NCBI RefSeq assembly: GCF_037042905.1
Contig: NC_087252.1
Location: forward strand, 22,570,001 to 22,634,000
Direction: 5' to 3'
Length of the DNA: 64,000 nucleotides
Source of the DNA: Lytechinus pictus
Taxonomy: Eukaryota
Shown: positions 46,837 to 60,764 of the stretch, one piece after another
How the letters are laid out: each line of letters opens with the position of its first letter
Numbering within the stretch: the stretch's first letter is position 1
Position numbers and translations under genes: made by a program
The notes under the pieces: generated by a model
Told to the model about the DNA's origin: nothing
The model's database searches: none
What the model saw: the letters and a program-made list of their open reading frames with translations, nothing else

Positions 46837-49800
46837 ATCTCCACCTATGGAATGATATTGCACAACGAAAAATTCATTTATCATATCGTGGATACTTAAA
46901 GGAACTTTTGCAGAACATTCGACAATGTTCGTATATTGGTAAAGATTTTTTCTACAGGTGCCTTGCTCTTGGTCTACACACCTGTACACCTACGTATTCG
47001 CGCTCACACAAGCGCATATATTACCTATCAGACATTCCAGGAGAAGTCACATCTATCTTAAAATCTTCTAAAGTGCAACGGAGACACTCGGCGCATACAA
47101 AATTTTTGCATCTGAGCACTATTATCAGTGGTTACTATAAGCATCCGAGGACAATAATTGTTCGAAATCAATCTTCTCTGTCCATTGACCTCAATCTTAT
47201 CCCTATTCACTGCAGAAGACCATCGGGTAGAACACTTCCTAGGGAAAACAAACACCTGTCCAGCAAAGCTAAAGAACTGTAGGCCTAACCGTACATGTCC
47301 TTACAGGAATAATCACCCTTCATATACTTAGCCCTCTCAACAATATAATTTCTGTTACGTGGTCCATGACCATACGCATTAAATAGCAAAGGTAATATTT
47401 ACATGGACAAATTGGTGGGTTTTTTTTCCTCAATTGAACAATAGGAGATATTACAGACAAATATATCCCAGAATATCCTTTTTTTATGAACTTGTCATGC
47501 ACCTATGAACTTGTGGTCTGGCTGTGACGGATTCTGTAGAGAATCGCTTTAATTGTCGCACGCACGGATCCGCACTTTTTCAGCAAGCACGAAGGATATG
47601 CAAGGTAGTTGAGTCCAACATGGCCCTTTTCAGAAATTTAATTTTATGAAGACGGCGCTAAGATAGATCTCATATGGATGCTAAAGCACATCTAGCCCCC
47701 CCCCCCCTTTCGCACTCTCCATAAATGCCACAAGGAGAGCTACAGCATAATGGGGTCATAATTATGTTTCGACAATTATGTTGAAAACTCCAGATAACTG
47801 ACAATGAGATGACAATTAACCACCCTAAATGTTGAGCCTTTGTCACATCGGTTGCACATAATAACCACTTCTCAAATCAATCGGGTATTCAAGGCTGATT
47901 GATAAGCGCTTTCGAAACAAACTTCATTATTCCCCAGGACAGGCCCATGCGCATAATTATCCATATTTATTACACTTGCACGCATACATCCACGTATCTG
48001 ATCAGGGTGGGCGTGGCTATTCAACTTTAGGCCTACTGCGTTAATACATGGAGTTAATGGAGTGATTTACCATGCCAATAGTAATACACATTAGATCTTG
48101 TATTATTAATACAGATCCGCAGGCATATTTTGGGTTTGCTCTTTATTCATTTGTATGTAATCATTCATTATTTATATGTAATTATTTCAACTCTTGTATA
48201 TATGTTCTTAGGTGGCAGAGCTCTGCCGTATAGTGCTTCCTATGTTGTATATGCTGACCAAGATGGGTCTTGTTATTTTTGTAGACATATTTTTCATTTA
48301 TATTAACTGCACATCAGCACCACAGTTACACATGAATATACACACAATCACTATCACACGCACCTTCACCACAAGCACGCTCGCAGTATATCCCTTACAT
48401 AATCGCCGGTACTTTACATTATATCAATTTTGATGGATTCACTCTCTTTTATTCCTGATAATTTAATAGAAAATTCACACAACAGTAAATATTACACACC
48501 TCAAGAATTTAATAACATATTTAATAATAATCATGATGATATTTCTCTTTTACATGCAAATTTAAGAAGTCTGAATAGAAACTTCGAATATTTTGAAAAT
48601 CTCTTACACACGTTAAACAATTTTAAATTTTCTGTTATTGGTATTAGCGAGACATGGTTACACGAAAATTCCCCAGATTTGTTTAATTTACCAGGATATA
48701 AGCTGATTAGGGCAGACCGCAAAGGGAAAAGAGGCGGAGGGGTAGCCTTCTATATTGCCGAAAAACTGAAATTTAAGATCCGTTCCGACGTGAAACTTTT
48801 ACATGCTGAATCTTTGTTTATTGAAATTGAAAACACAGAATTTAAAAATGTCGTCATAGGTTTAATTTATAGACCACCAGGTTTTAATTTTGATTCATTT
48901 TATGAGGAAACAGAGCAATATCTCCATATAATAAGTAATGAAAATAAAAACTGTTTTATTATTGGTGATTTTAATATCAATTTCTTACCCTCAATCGACA
49001 ATAATAAATCAAACAATTTCATGAAACTAATGTACTCATTCGGCTTCAATTCATTCATAATAATCCCACTAGAATCAACCAAAATTCATCAACTCAAATT
49101 GACAACATTTTTTCCAACGTACATAACATGAACAACAAAATGATAGGAGGAATTCTATGCTCTGAAGTTTCAGACCACTTACCAATACTTTCAACTTGTG
49201 ATTTAAAACTACCACACCTCAAAACATTTAACCAACATACATATAGAAGAGAATCTAAACGTAATATTGAATTATTGAAACAAGACTTAACAATTGAGGA
49301 ATGGGAAGATGTCTATAATGAAGTTGGAGCAAACACATCTTATAATCGCTTTAATGATAAATTAAAACAATATTACGATAAGAATATCCCCATAGGTAGA
49401 ATGAAAAATAATCGAAAAAAGATCCCCAAACATCCCTGGATAACAAAAGGTATATTGAAATCAATACATACACGTAATCGCCTTTACAAGTCACATTTAC
49501 ACAAACCGTCCGAAGCTAACTTAAAAACATATAAAGTATATCGAAACAAATTGACAAAATTAATTCGTATATCACGTAAAATGTATTACGCTAATAGAAT
49601 AAAGAATGCCAGTTCAAACACTAATGCAACTTGGAAAATCATTAAAGAGGTAATGGGAACAAAGACAGATTCCCCTCCTACTGATGATATGACTCTTAAC
49701 GGTTTTAAAATTGACTCTTCCCTTCAAGCAAATTAATTTAATTCATTTTTCACAAATATCGGACCCGAACTTTCAAGCAAAATTAATAGCCCTAATGCGC

Positions 49801-50075
49801 GTTTTACTGACTATCTCCCCGAACCTAATCCACACTCTATATTTTTTAACCCTACGGACCCAACTGAAATTATCAATATTACACGGTCTCTTAACAGTTC
49901 AAAATCGCATGGACATGATAGAATTAGTATGTCTCTTTTAAAAGAAATAATTCACCCACTTGCTAATCCTCTTAGTAACATTTTTAATAAATCATTATCA
50001 CAAGGAGTTTTTCCTGACTTATTCAAAATCGCCAAAGTCAATCCAATTTTCAAAAAAGACAATCCTCATGGAATT

Positions 50076-50710
50076 TTTTTTTTTTTTTTTATTTAAGTTT
50101 TTATTGAAATAAATCATAACAATCACAATATTTACAAATGATTAGCATGATAAAAAAGCATAAAATCATGAAAACATTACAATAAAAAAGAGGCAGATAT
50201 AAGATTATAATTATCTAAAAGTTTTCAAGAGGGAGGCGCCGAGATAGAAACAAAAAAGACCGCCCTGAAGAACAGAAGCCAAATAAAAAATCGGACTAGA
50301 ATGAGGTCAGGCAGCTGAAGGTCTCCCGCCACAATTCTCTCTCTCTCTCCCTCCCTCCCCCCCCCCCCTCTCACTCTCCCTTCACTCGTACACACGCACA
50401 TTAAAACCTTATCCCCGTACAAACACAGATATCTTTGCCCCTCCCCCCCCCCCCTCCTGCATACGACACACACACACACGCTCACATAAAGAAAAGGGGA
50501 GGAAACCCTCAGCCACGTGGCTCCATCCAATCCAAGATCCTGCCAAATATGGACCATCAACACTTTGCAAGTTCGAGAAAAAGGTCAGGAGGTCAAATAT
50601 TCTCCAGAATACGCTTGCATAAATTAAGTCTCGGAGGTCGCCCTTGAAAGTACATACATATGTGTGCATATAGTATACGGACGAATCAAGCAATACATTC
50701 TTACATTGTA
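50076..50710 (-). mobile_element. Poly(A)-tailed retroposed fragment inserted into the LINE
   Basis: 11-bp TSD CTCATGGAATT (50065-50075, 50711-50721); poly(T) and TTTATT on the plus strand; removing it restores the LINE frame KKDNPHGINNYRPISLL. Confidence 0.85.
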
Positions 50711-52211
50711 CTCATGGAATTAATAATTATCGCCCCATTTCTCTTCTCCCAACTATATCAAAAATCTTAGAAAAAATAGTATATAACAGACTTTATAAAT
50801 TCATCAGCAAACACAATCTGCTAAATTCTAATCAATATGGCTTTAGGAAAAATTACTCAACAAACTTGGCTTTAATCCAAATCTATGATAAAATTACAAA
50901 CGCCATTGCTAATAAAGAACATGTCATTGGCATATTTTGTGACCTTAGTAAGGCATTTGATACACTTAATCACGACATTATACTCTCAAAACTTAATTAT
51001 TATGGCGTACGAGGTCAATCCCTCCTTTGGTTTAAAGATTACTTAAGAAATCGAAAACAATACGTCGCATTTAATGGTTATGACTCTGACTCACTTTTAG
51101 TTCGTTGTGGTGTCCCTCAAGGCTCCATATTAGGCCCACTATTATTTTTACTATATATCAATGACATTATTAATACATCATCCATTTTATCTTTTGTATT
51201 ATTCGCTGACGACACAAATATTTTTTTTTCTCATACAAATCCTACTTCGTTATACAATATTTTAAATCATGAAATAAACAAAGTATCACAGTGGTTCAAA
51301 GCTAAAAAAATCATCTTTGAACACACAAAAACTCACTACATATATTTTAAACAATTTCACCTACAGATTGACGGCAAGTCATTAGAACGGAAAACTCACT
51401 CTAAATTTTTAGGGGTTATCATAGATGAAGCTTTATCTTGGAATGAGCATCTGCACCATATTACAATGTGTATTTCGAGAAGCATTGGAATTATTTCTAA
51501 GTCAAAATTTATTTTGCCTCTTAAAACTTTATTCCTATTGTACAATTCCTTAGTACTCCCGTATATTACTTATTGTAACGTTGTTTGGGCTAATTGTGGC
51601 TCAACAAAGCTGACTTCTATTTTCAAATTACAAAAGAGAGTTATTCGCATTTGTACAGGATCTCATTACTTGGCTCACACTGATCCATTATTTTTCAAAC
51701 AGAAAACACTAAAAGTTGCCGACTTGTATACTCTTCAAGTAGCTATCATTATGTTTAAGTATATTAATAACCTACTCCCTTCGTCTTTTGATGATATATT
51801 TAAGTTCAATAGTTCTGTCCATACCTACCCAACTCGTACATCTGGAAACTTTCATCTCACAAACCCCAGACTGTTAATTACCTCTAAATCAATTCGACAT
51901 CATGGTCCAGACATTTGGAATAATCTTGCAGAAAATATTAAATCTTGTTCCACTTTATACTCTTTAAAATCAACTGTTAAAAGAAATATCATTCGATCTT
52001 ATTCATCCCAACCTTCAAAATAATCCTCATTTACCACTATAAATTAAATAAAAAATATAAATTCTACAGCTATCTTCTGCACCCACACCTGCACCTGCAT
52101 TGCACCCACTTGTTCAGTAATTATACCAATCATAGTCACGAACCCTTTTTATGAGGCCGCCATCAATTACAAGCTTAACCGCTCACGATGGCGGTCTCCT
52201 GCGTTCATTAA

Positions 52212-52814
52212 AGGTCAAGTCCACCTCAGAAAAATGTTGATTTGTATCAATAGAGAAAAATCAGACAAGCACAATGCTGAAAATTTCATCGAAATCGGAT
52301 GTAAATTAAGATAGTTATGACATTTCAAAGTTTTGCTTATTATTAACAAAATAGTTATATGAACGAGCCAGTTACATCCAAATGAGAGAGTCGATGATGT
52401 CACTCACTCACTATTTCTTTTGTTTTTTATTGTTTGAATTATACAATATTTCAATTTTTACGAATTTGATGATTAGGACCTCCTTGCCTGAAGCACAAAA
52501 TGTTAGAATAATGGAATTCCACGTGTTCAGGGAGGAATGAAACTTCATTTCACATGACAATGACGAGAAAATCTAAATATTTCATATTTCATATAATAAA
52601 ATACAAAAGAAATAGTGAGTGAGTGATGTCATCAGTTCCCTCATTTGCAAACCGACCGAGATGTGCATATAACTGTTTTGTGCAATGAAGCGAAACTTCA
52701 AAATGTCATAACTTTTTTATTTTACATCCGATTTTGATGAAATTTTCAGTGTTATGCTTGTTGAATTTTTCTCCTTTTATTCAAATCAAGTTTTTGTTGG
52801 GGTGGACTTGTCCT
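52212..52814. mobile_element. Full TTAA MITE (Kolobok-like) in the LINE 3' UTR
   Basis: TTAA|AGGTCAAGTCCACC..GGTGGACTTGTCCT|TTAA. Confidence 0.85.
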
Positions 52815-53083
52815 TTAAATTTTGTTAATGTTCCTTTTTTATTATCAAAATGTGAAGTATATGCCCTCACCATTTTTTTCCTTCAAATTTTGTATTATGT
52901 TTATATTGTATGCATTATGAATTATTTTGTATATTACAAACAATGTAAATATTTATGATAATGTATTGAGAACGCAGAAATAAAAATAAAACAAACAAAC
53001 AAAATACAAAACCCGTACTATACCCAACTACTGAACAACCTTCAGTGGTTTCCCGTAGAGCAACGCATATAATATATTACTTA

Positions 53084-53247
53084 TACCTCGGTCACATTTG
53101 CTCTACGGCGGCCGTACGGCAAGTCGAAAACAGCCGTTTTAACATGTTCTTTGTACCAGCTACATATAGGTGGTTTGAATAAAAATGAACAAAATGCTGT
53201 TTTCGACTCGCCGTATGGCCGCCGTAGAACAAAATGTGACCGAGGTA
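53084..53247. mobile_element. Palindromic MITE with TTA TSD (PIF/Harbinger-like)
   Basis: TTA|TACCTCGGTCACATTTG..AAATGTGACCGAGGTA|TTA. Confidence 0.75.
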
Positions 53248-53523
53248 TTATCTACCTTTCACTTCATAACCTGGCCCCTTGTTATATCCCTCTCCCATTC
53301 ATCCATCTACTAGTCTTCGCTCATCCGGGGAGCGTTTCATCAACATTTTTGTCTGACAAGTTGTCAGATCTGACATCTTTCCTTGATTCTGATTGGCTGA
53401 GAGGTACTGTTACTATGGTAATTGTCGGATAAAACAGAACTTGTCGGACAAAGTCCCTTCATGAAATGCTCCCCCGGTTCCATCAAACTAAAAGGACCCA
53501 GAACAAAAACAGAGCAACCTTAA

Positions 53524-53870
53524 AGGACAAGTCCACTCCAACAAAAAGTTGATTGGAATAAAAAGAGAAACATCCAACAAGAATAACACTGAAAATTTCA
53601 TCAAAAAAAAATGTTGGATGTAAAAAAAGAAAGTTATGACATTTTAAAGTTTGGCTTAATTTCACGAAACAGTTATATGCACATGGTTCAGTCAAGTTGG
53701 TCCTTATTGTCAAATCTGTAAAAAATTAAATATTACATGATTCAAACAATAAAAAACAAAAGAAATAGTGAGTTATGGACATCATCGTCTGTCTCATTTG
53801 CATGTCACTGAGTTGTGCATATAACTGTTTTGTGAAAAGTAAGCAAAACTTTAAAATGTCATAACTTTCG
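53524..53870. mobile_element. Internally deleted TTAA-family MITE
   Basis: TTAA|AGGACAAGTCCACT followed by family body with deletions; other end missing. Confidence 0.65.
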
Positions 53871-54799
53871 GAAAATCGGTGAATCAAAGCAAAAGTTTCA
53901 TCCATGACTTTGGACAAACGACGTATTTGCAATTTTTCGTCAGTTCTTTATCTTAGGACAATCAGCTGGGCCCGGTTCATAATTTTTTGACAATTAATCA
54001 CCTCTTATCTGTTAATTATTATTTGACGACATGGGTGTCGATTGGTATTGTAAATATATTATTCATGGGGGATCTATTGTTTCACCACCACCCCCCCCCC
54101 CCCCCCCCTCCTTGAATTGTATGACGGCACTGATCGACACCAGTGTCTGACGGGCAATTTCAATGCGCTTACTATGTTCTAGAATCTGTCCCCATTGTAA
54201 TTGCAAAAATTAGCTAAATGTACTTAGCCCTTGAGATCGTCCCAAGTGTAATATGTGGGTTTACATAATATATATATATATATATATATATAGCAAACAG
54301 GCGTATGGACGGTGTATTGAGCAATCATTTCAATGTCAAATATAAAGTTTTTGGACTTTGAACTTCTGTCTCGATACCTTGCCTTCGCATCGAACATGCT
54401 TAATTACTTGAATGGCCGCATCTTCATGATCTTGGGATTTTTTTCACGAAAAACTTTGACATATATTTTAGTAATTTAACTCCCGTATATGATTAGGACA
54501 CAGCAGATCGGATTTCTGCTGCATCAACGCCACGTTGGTGTATAACTAATCTGGCATAATGATACATTTGACAAAGAATTTTCAAGGCCTCGATTTCCTT
54601 TACACTTACACTGTAAAAAATAAAGTGCTAATTTAGCACTTAAAGTGTTTGTATAGTGACTGCACTTCGAGTGCTGATTTTCTACCTTAAATTTGAACTA
54701 GAGAATCAGCACTGGTAGTGCAGTCACTATACAAGCACTGGAAGTGCTAAAGTAGCACTTCATTTCTTACAATGTAACATGGTCTCAAAGTAAGACTAA

Positions 54800-55045
54800 T
54801 GGAGAAAAGAAAAGAAAAGAAAAAAAGAAAAAGAATATAAAAAAGAGACAAAAGAAGAAAAATAAGAAGAAAAGAAAAAGAAAAAAACAGAAAAAAAAAA
54901 AAAAAAAAAAAAAAGAGAAGACAAAAAAGAAAAGAAAAAAAAATAACATGAAAAGGAAAAAGAAGAAAAAAAAAGAAGAAAATGACAGAAAAGAAAATGA
55001 AGGAAAAAGAAAAAAAATATTAAAAGAGAGAAGGAAAAAAAATTA
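54800..55045. repeat. About 240-bp purine-rich (A/G) low-complexity tract
   Basis: GAAAA-type runs with very few pyrimidines. Confidence 0.85.
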
Positions 55046-56734
55046 TAATAAGCTACTGAAAATGAACAAAAGCTGTGGCAAAAATAGTCAATCCTGACTG
55101 GTTGCCAACCAAGGAAAGAAGAAGAAGAAGAAGTATATATACACAAAGTTAGATCGTCTATTTTGATTCCCATTTGCTATAAAGTTGAACAAGATTTGGG
55201 GTAAAATTAATTTGATCGGGTTAATGCAAAAGTTATCATTTTTCAAACTATGGCCATGATTATAGAAAATCAATCCTTCATTGTACACCATTGGAAATTT
55301 GACTAATAGTAACACGAGAATATTTTCCGTTCATTCAGTGTTAATGCAACATTTCAAGGAATTCTTGCTAGATATTAAATCAAACAACGTGCAGATTGAA
55401 TAAAATAAATATTTCAAGCCAGTAAAACGCTTTTCATAGGTGCATAATTATGTACAGAACAGTTACGTGAATCGAATATTGAGAATATCATGAACTTCAT
55501 GAATTATAATGCTGGCAATCAAAAACGCACTATAGGTGCAGCTGATGTTAGAAAACTAGGGCAAGTTTGTCGCTCGCATACAGGTGAATTCAACCCGGTA
55601 AAGAATAAAATATGAAAAAAAATCACCACAATAACACTTGGATCATGTCAATGAAAGCCCATTATCTGTAAATCTCTCTTTTTGACAAAGATTATGTCGA
55701 AGGGGTAATCCATTCAGTTTGGCACGCAATGGTGAACCTTATTCTGAAAGCTTTCCAATTGAATACATGCTATATTGTTGAGCTACTGTACATGACAACA
55801 GAATGTCCTTGCTGATGCCCCCTTAATCGTGTTACCATTCGAAGGTTGTGTAACCTATGTTTTGGATTGGGCTTGTGCATGCTTATTTTGGTTGAGAATA
55901 CTAAATCAAAACACTTACATAAGCTTGATGCTAGACATTTAGGACCGGTTTCAGGTTTATAGGTTTGAGAATATGGTATCTTAATGTGCAGATTTCCCAA
56001 GGGAGCAGTGTCGGAAGAGTTGATTCATGAAAAACAATATAAAATGCGCATATATCGTATTTCACTATATATCTTCTTTTTTATCAAAACTATCGGAACA
56101 TGTTCTATGTCATACATATTAGCCTAGTTATCTCTAGCTTCACACAGCCCAAAAACTAAACAACAAGTAAAGGAAGGGAAACGACTTAATTCATCGCCTA
56201 CTTGAACTGGGAAATCTTTGCGCCAAACCTCGGGAAGTCCTATAGTAGTGGTGGAAAAGAAAGGGTATACACAGTAAACAAAAAATTATACAACGCTGTT
56301 TACTATATGAACATTGCAGTAATTGTTTAAATAGTTTAAACAAGTGTTTAAATCTTAAGCAACAAAGTTTAATTATCAATATCTAATCTTCAATGAATTA
56401 AACATGATTGTTTAAACAGTTAAACGAATACTGTAAGGTTCATATACTAAACAGCGTTGTATAAAATCTTAAACAGCGTTTTTACTGTGTACTGACTCAA
56501 CATAATTTGTTTTCTTTTCAAAATTGTCATTGTCGCATCAAGAAGGCTACGAGTTCGAACGTACCAGCGTACATTGCACAGTATAAAAAAGAGACAAGTC
56601 AATAAAATTCTATATGACAGAAGTGTAATGAAATGCATATAACTCTTGAATATACACTCACCTAAACGATACTTTGCCGGAGATGACAACCCGACGCTTC
56701 CAGTTGATAACCTCGATTGTGTCACACCGATATT

Positions 56735-56937
56735 TTCCAAATTGTCCTAAATCCGGTCTCAGAACTCGCCTTCACGCGTCAAATCCATGAAATACATCAA
56801 TATCAAAACCCGTATCCCACGGATACAGTGTCTGTTCCAAATTGTCCTAAATCCGGTCTGAGAACTCGCCTTCACGCGTCAAATCCATGAAATACATCAA
56901 TATCAAAACTCGTATCCCACGGAGTATACAGTGTCTG
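56735..56937. repeat. Two-copy 100-bp tandem duplication
   Basis: TTCCAAATTGTCCTAAATCCGG.. starts at 56735 and at 56835; near identical. Confidence 0.9.
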
Positions 56938-59250
56938 ATGTAAATATAAACCTACTGTTTGCTAACTATACGTGAGAAGGCTTTATTTGGTGAAATAAGA
57001 TTTATTCGGTAAGAGACAACTTTTCTGCTCCATCGAATCACCGAAGACCTGTTCGAACAATAAAAGTGCATTCGCTCGGATTTTATTTTATAATGGAAAA
57101 TCATATATACTACGAAACGGTGCTCGCTGATCCAGATTTTTCAATTCAGTGGAGTGGTGGGAGCGGGGTTAGTCGACCTGTCTACAACCTAAATAGAGTA
57201 ACTTTAAAAACAAAATTAAGATCTGTGTCCACGACTTGGGGGGGGGGGGGGGCGGGGGATAGTGAAGTCTGCAGATAATCGGAATTTCCTATCCTCATAA
57301 ATATCGATGTCAGTCACATTTTAAGGGAAACCGAATCTATAGCCTACGGTAATGAAATTACGTCAAAAGGGATCAAAATGGTTCAATATTCAAATAAATC
57401 GAACAAGGAAATGGAAAGTCTCGCTGTTTCAAGTATGATATCCTTCAGACGATTGGCAGCTCGGTTAATGTGGTAATACTTAACACGACTTTCCCATGAA
57501 ATGTTGTCATAAAGACCTATATACGAAATGATATTAGGAAATTGTGTTTTTTTTTTCAAAAAAGCACCATTTTCCCCACAGGGCGGCAGTTGAATATCAA
57601 ATAGATACCCATTTTGTTAAATATCATCATAAAAGATATTATATTCAGAGGAAAACATTTGATAAAAGACTATATTTCGCTCTTTTACAGCAACTGGATG
57701 GCCAGAGTAGTTCCAATTAAAGTACCCGACATCATGCGTCATCACAATTGATCACCCTATTTTGTTCATGTATTCAACTATACCATTTCCTCTATTTGTT
57801 TTGGGTTCCCCCCCCCCCCCCCTCTCTCCCTCTCTCTCTTTCTCTCTCTCTCTTTCTTTGTGAAAACCATGCATTTTGCCTTTCCGGATATATTTCCTTT
57901 ATAATATTTAAATCATCGGACTGTGAGGTCAGAGCCGGGGGGTCGTAGGTTCGATTACTTGCAGCCTGATGGTCCAGCATTAAATCCATTTATTCATATT
58001 CATCTTTCATAATGAATCAGAATAAAATGATATTTCGCTATTCTAATCATGTCTGATAAAAAAATATCCAAAATATAATAATGAGATAATTTTCCAAGTA
58101 TCGGACACAATCCCGATAACGCGTTTAGGGTACAAAATGTTGCGTTTGGAGAATATCAAATATACATGTATAAAGGCGAAAACCAAACAAAGTGTAAGCA
58201 AATACAGAAGACTGACCCGTTAAAACGGAAGTATGGGTATGAACGTCAAGGATAGACAACAAAAGACTCTAACCTAAAATGATTTTATTAAAAAGTAAAC
58301 ATGGCTCAATTATATTCAAGCATTGTGATCATTCAATTGAAAGTTTGCCGTCACCTTGTCGAAAGTTCACGGCTTATATCATATCGCTCTATTGTTTACA
58401 ATATACACTTACCGGGATCGAGTGTTTCCTTTGTTACGGGTAGCACGTGAACGGGACATGGACCCCCCCCCCCCCTCCTCATTTTATTGTTGAAGATTGT
58501 GTATTCTGGTACTGGTATTCTAAAAAAAAAAAGCAATAGCTCGCTTTTCAAATTTGAAGTAATTGTTAGTGTTGCACGCAATTTGCCTCTCGCCCCCCCC
58601 CCTCTCTCTCTCTCTCTCTCGTTCATGTACGTTCACGAATTCAAATTACGAATGTTCTTTAACATGAATATAACCCGTTACCATGGTTACTTTAGTTTCA
58701 ACGAAATACGGGATGACAATGTGTAATAGTTTGTATCATTTGAATCCAAGCATGCCAAGTAGATAATTTTGTCTCCGTTGGTACATTAACCATGTAAAGC
58801 GCCGGGGGAGAAAAATGCAAAATAATTTTAGAGATAAGTTTGGGGTTGCTCCTTCTTAGGCCTGCTCCTCCCCCTCTCCCTTCCGATTAGGGTCAAGGTC
58901 AAAGAAATACTTGACGTTTGGAAGAATATATCAATATTTATAATTGATGCAAAATATAAAACCCATCAGCTAGTGTTGATATACATGCTCTAAAGTCCCT
59001 TGTACACGATGACACCAACAAGACAAAATATTTATTCATGCCTGATCAAACACAGGCAATTTTTCGTCCAGACTGTCACATATAGCTTTGAGCCAAAGCA
59101 AGTGGGAACGATGATCGCAAAAGTCTGAAGTATACTCTCATTATATGGGATAATGTGTGATTAATATCATGAATATGTAACTACACAATTATATTTGCAT
59201 TTTGCATGGCTGTGGTTATTCATCTGTAATCACCCAAAATATCTTGCTGT

Positions 59251-59517
59251 CACTGGCGGATCCAGGGGGGCACAGTCGGCCCTTGCCCTCCCCCCTTGAG
59301 AGGCACAATTAAAATTTGTAATGTAAAAATGCCGTTAAAACAGAAGTGTGCCCCACCCCCCCTTGAAAGTTAAGACCTTTTTGCTTGTCAGTATTTTTCG
59401 TTGACGAAATTCTCTTAATTTTTGGTTAAAACTTTTTTTTTCTTGTCAAATTTTTCCTGGTAAAATGTGTCACCCCCCCCCCCCCCCCCCGTTCGAAAAA
59501 TTCTGAATCCGCCCCTG
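59251..59517. mobile_element. hAT-like MITE with perfect 8-bp TSD
   Basis: CTTGCTGT|CACTGGCGGATCC..GAATCCGCCCCTG|CTTGCTGT. Confidence 0.8.
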
Positions 59518-60764
59518 CTTGCTGTGTATATGCTACGTGAAAAGGAATACAGACAATGGATAGAAATTTGACTGAATTACAACAAAACTTTTCAATGTAT
59601 ATAATGAGAGGTTTTTTTAGTAGTTTTACTCTGACAAAAGGGCAGAGAAGAATGTAGAAATTTTCACTTTGTTATAAGATTGCTTATATGACATCAGAGG
59701 TCATTGTCATGAAACGTATTTAATTTGAAACTTTTTTTCTTGGCTGAATGATTGGCATGTTCATCTCATGTATCTGAAAACTTTTTCTTCTGTGTGCTTG
59801 CGCTGGTCAGGTCAGCGTCACATTTATGAAAAACAAAGTTATTACATATTAGTAACACTCATCAATGCATCCAAAATGACAAAAATAAATCATTGTTGTT
59901 GAGCTGCGCATAGATTAAATAATACACAAAGAGCAAGTAATTTGAATGGGAATTATATTTCCAGATTGTTGCTTTTGTTGTCTTGGACTTTTTAGTTGTG
60001 CAAGAACGGTACCTTCAATTTTAGCGCATATAATTATGTCATTTTCGACACCCTGGGCACAATAAAAATCCGTATTCGCGCATCAAGAACACAGATTTGT
60101 CATTTGTCAACTGACAGAAAAGACTTTCATTTGGAGAATTTAGCAGTATTATAATTATCACTTCTACATATTTATAAACAACCTCTTCAAACATGAAGCA
60201 TTTTGATCCCGGGTGATATACCCCTCACCTTTCAAAACAGAAACGAGGTTATTCTTATCATACTAATGGCTACTCTTATGCATAGAATTGTTTTTTAATG
60301 CAGTTACAGTCATTAACTTGGCCTGAGATCATGTTCCAAAAACGCAAGATTTCCAATCCGTTTTACAAAGGTAATTGTAATTTAAAATTCGTCTGATTAA
60401 TGTTTACTTTGTTTGGACCCTACATGGGGCCCTATATGCAATTTTTACTAACCTAATGCAATGAGAGTATTCTCCACACGCAAATGATTAAGAGGCACCC
60501 AACCACATAGAATGGATCAGCTTTAGCAATAACTTGGATTCACAAATTGGTGTTATTGCCCTCCTACAGATACCTCTACAGGTGAAATATAATTCATTAT
60601 TAATGCTTAATCTACATCTTAACTTGAAATGCCCTTTCAAAAGTTACGTTTCTTATCATTATTTTCATGTCTCTTTTTTATTTCTCCTCTTTCATGTTGA
60701 TGAGGCCTCCATCAATTTCAAGCTGAAGGCTTAAGGTGGCGGTCTCCAACATTTCCATTATAAA

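Larger units (their letters stand above)
48210..53010 (+). mobile_element. Decayed CR1-group (L2/Crack-like) LINE: APE endonuclease + RT ORF2 and 3' UTR
   Basis: EN motifs NLRSL, GISETWL, GGGVA, IYRPP, GDFNIN, SDHLPI; RT motifs NYRPISLL, QYGFR, DLSKAFD, GVPQGSILGP, FADD; frameshift near 49060-49130 and premature TAA at 49734-49736; AATAAA + (AAAC)n tail near 52980; 5' boundary uncertain. Confidence 0.9.

Noticed and set aside
46837..46989. N-terminal extension of SLCO from the ORF track
   Set aside because: Begins at a non-ATG codon and lies mostly upstream of a good splice acceptor at 46844; ATG 46836 preferred
50409..50693. 94-aa ORF in the retro-insert considered as a tyrosine recombinase or RT C-terminus
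   Set aside because: No convincing catalytic motif; the ORF runs into microsatellite sequence
54796..55173. Phe-rich 125-aa membrane-protein-like ORF
   Set aside because: Translation of the polypyrimidine strand of a low-complexity tract
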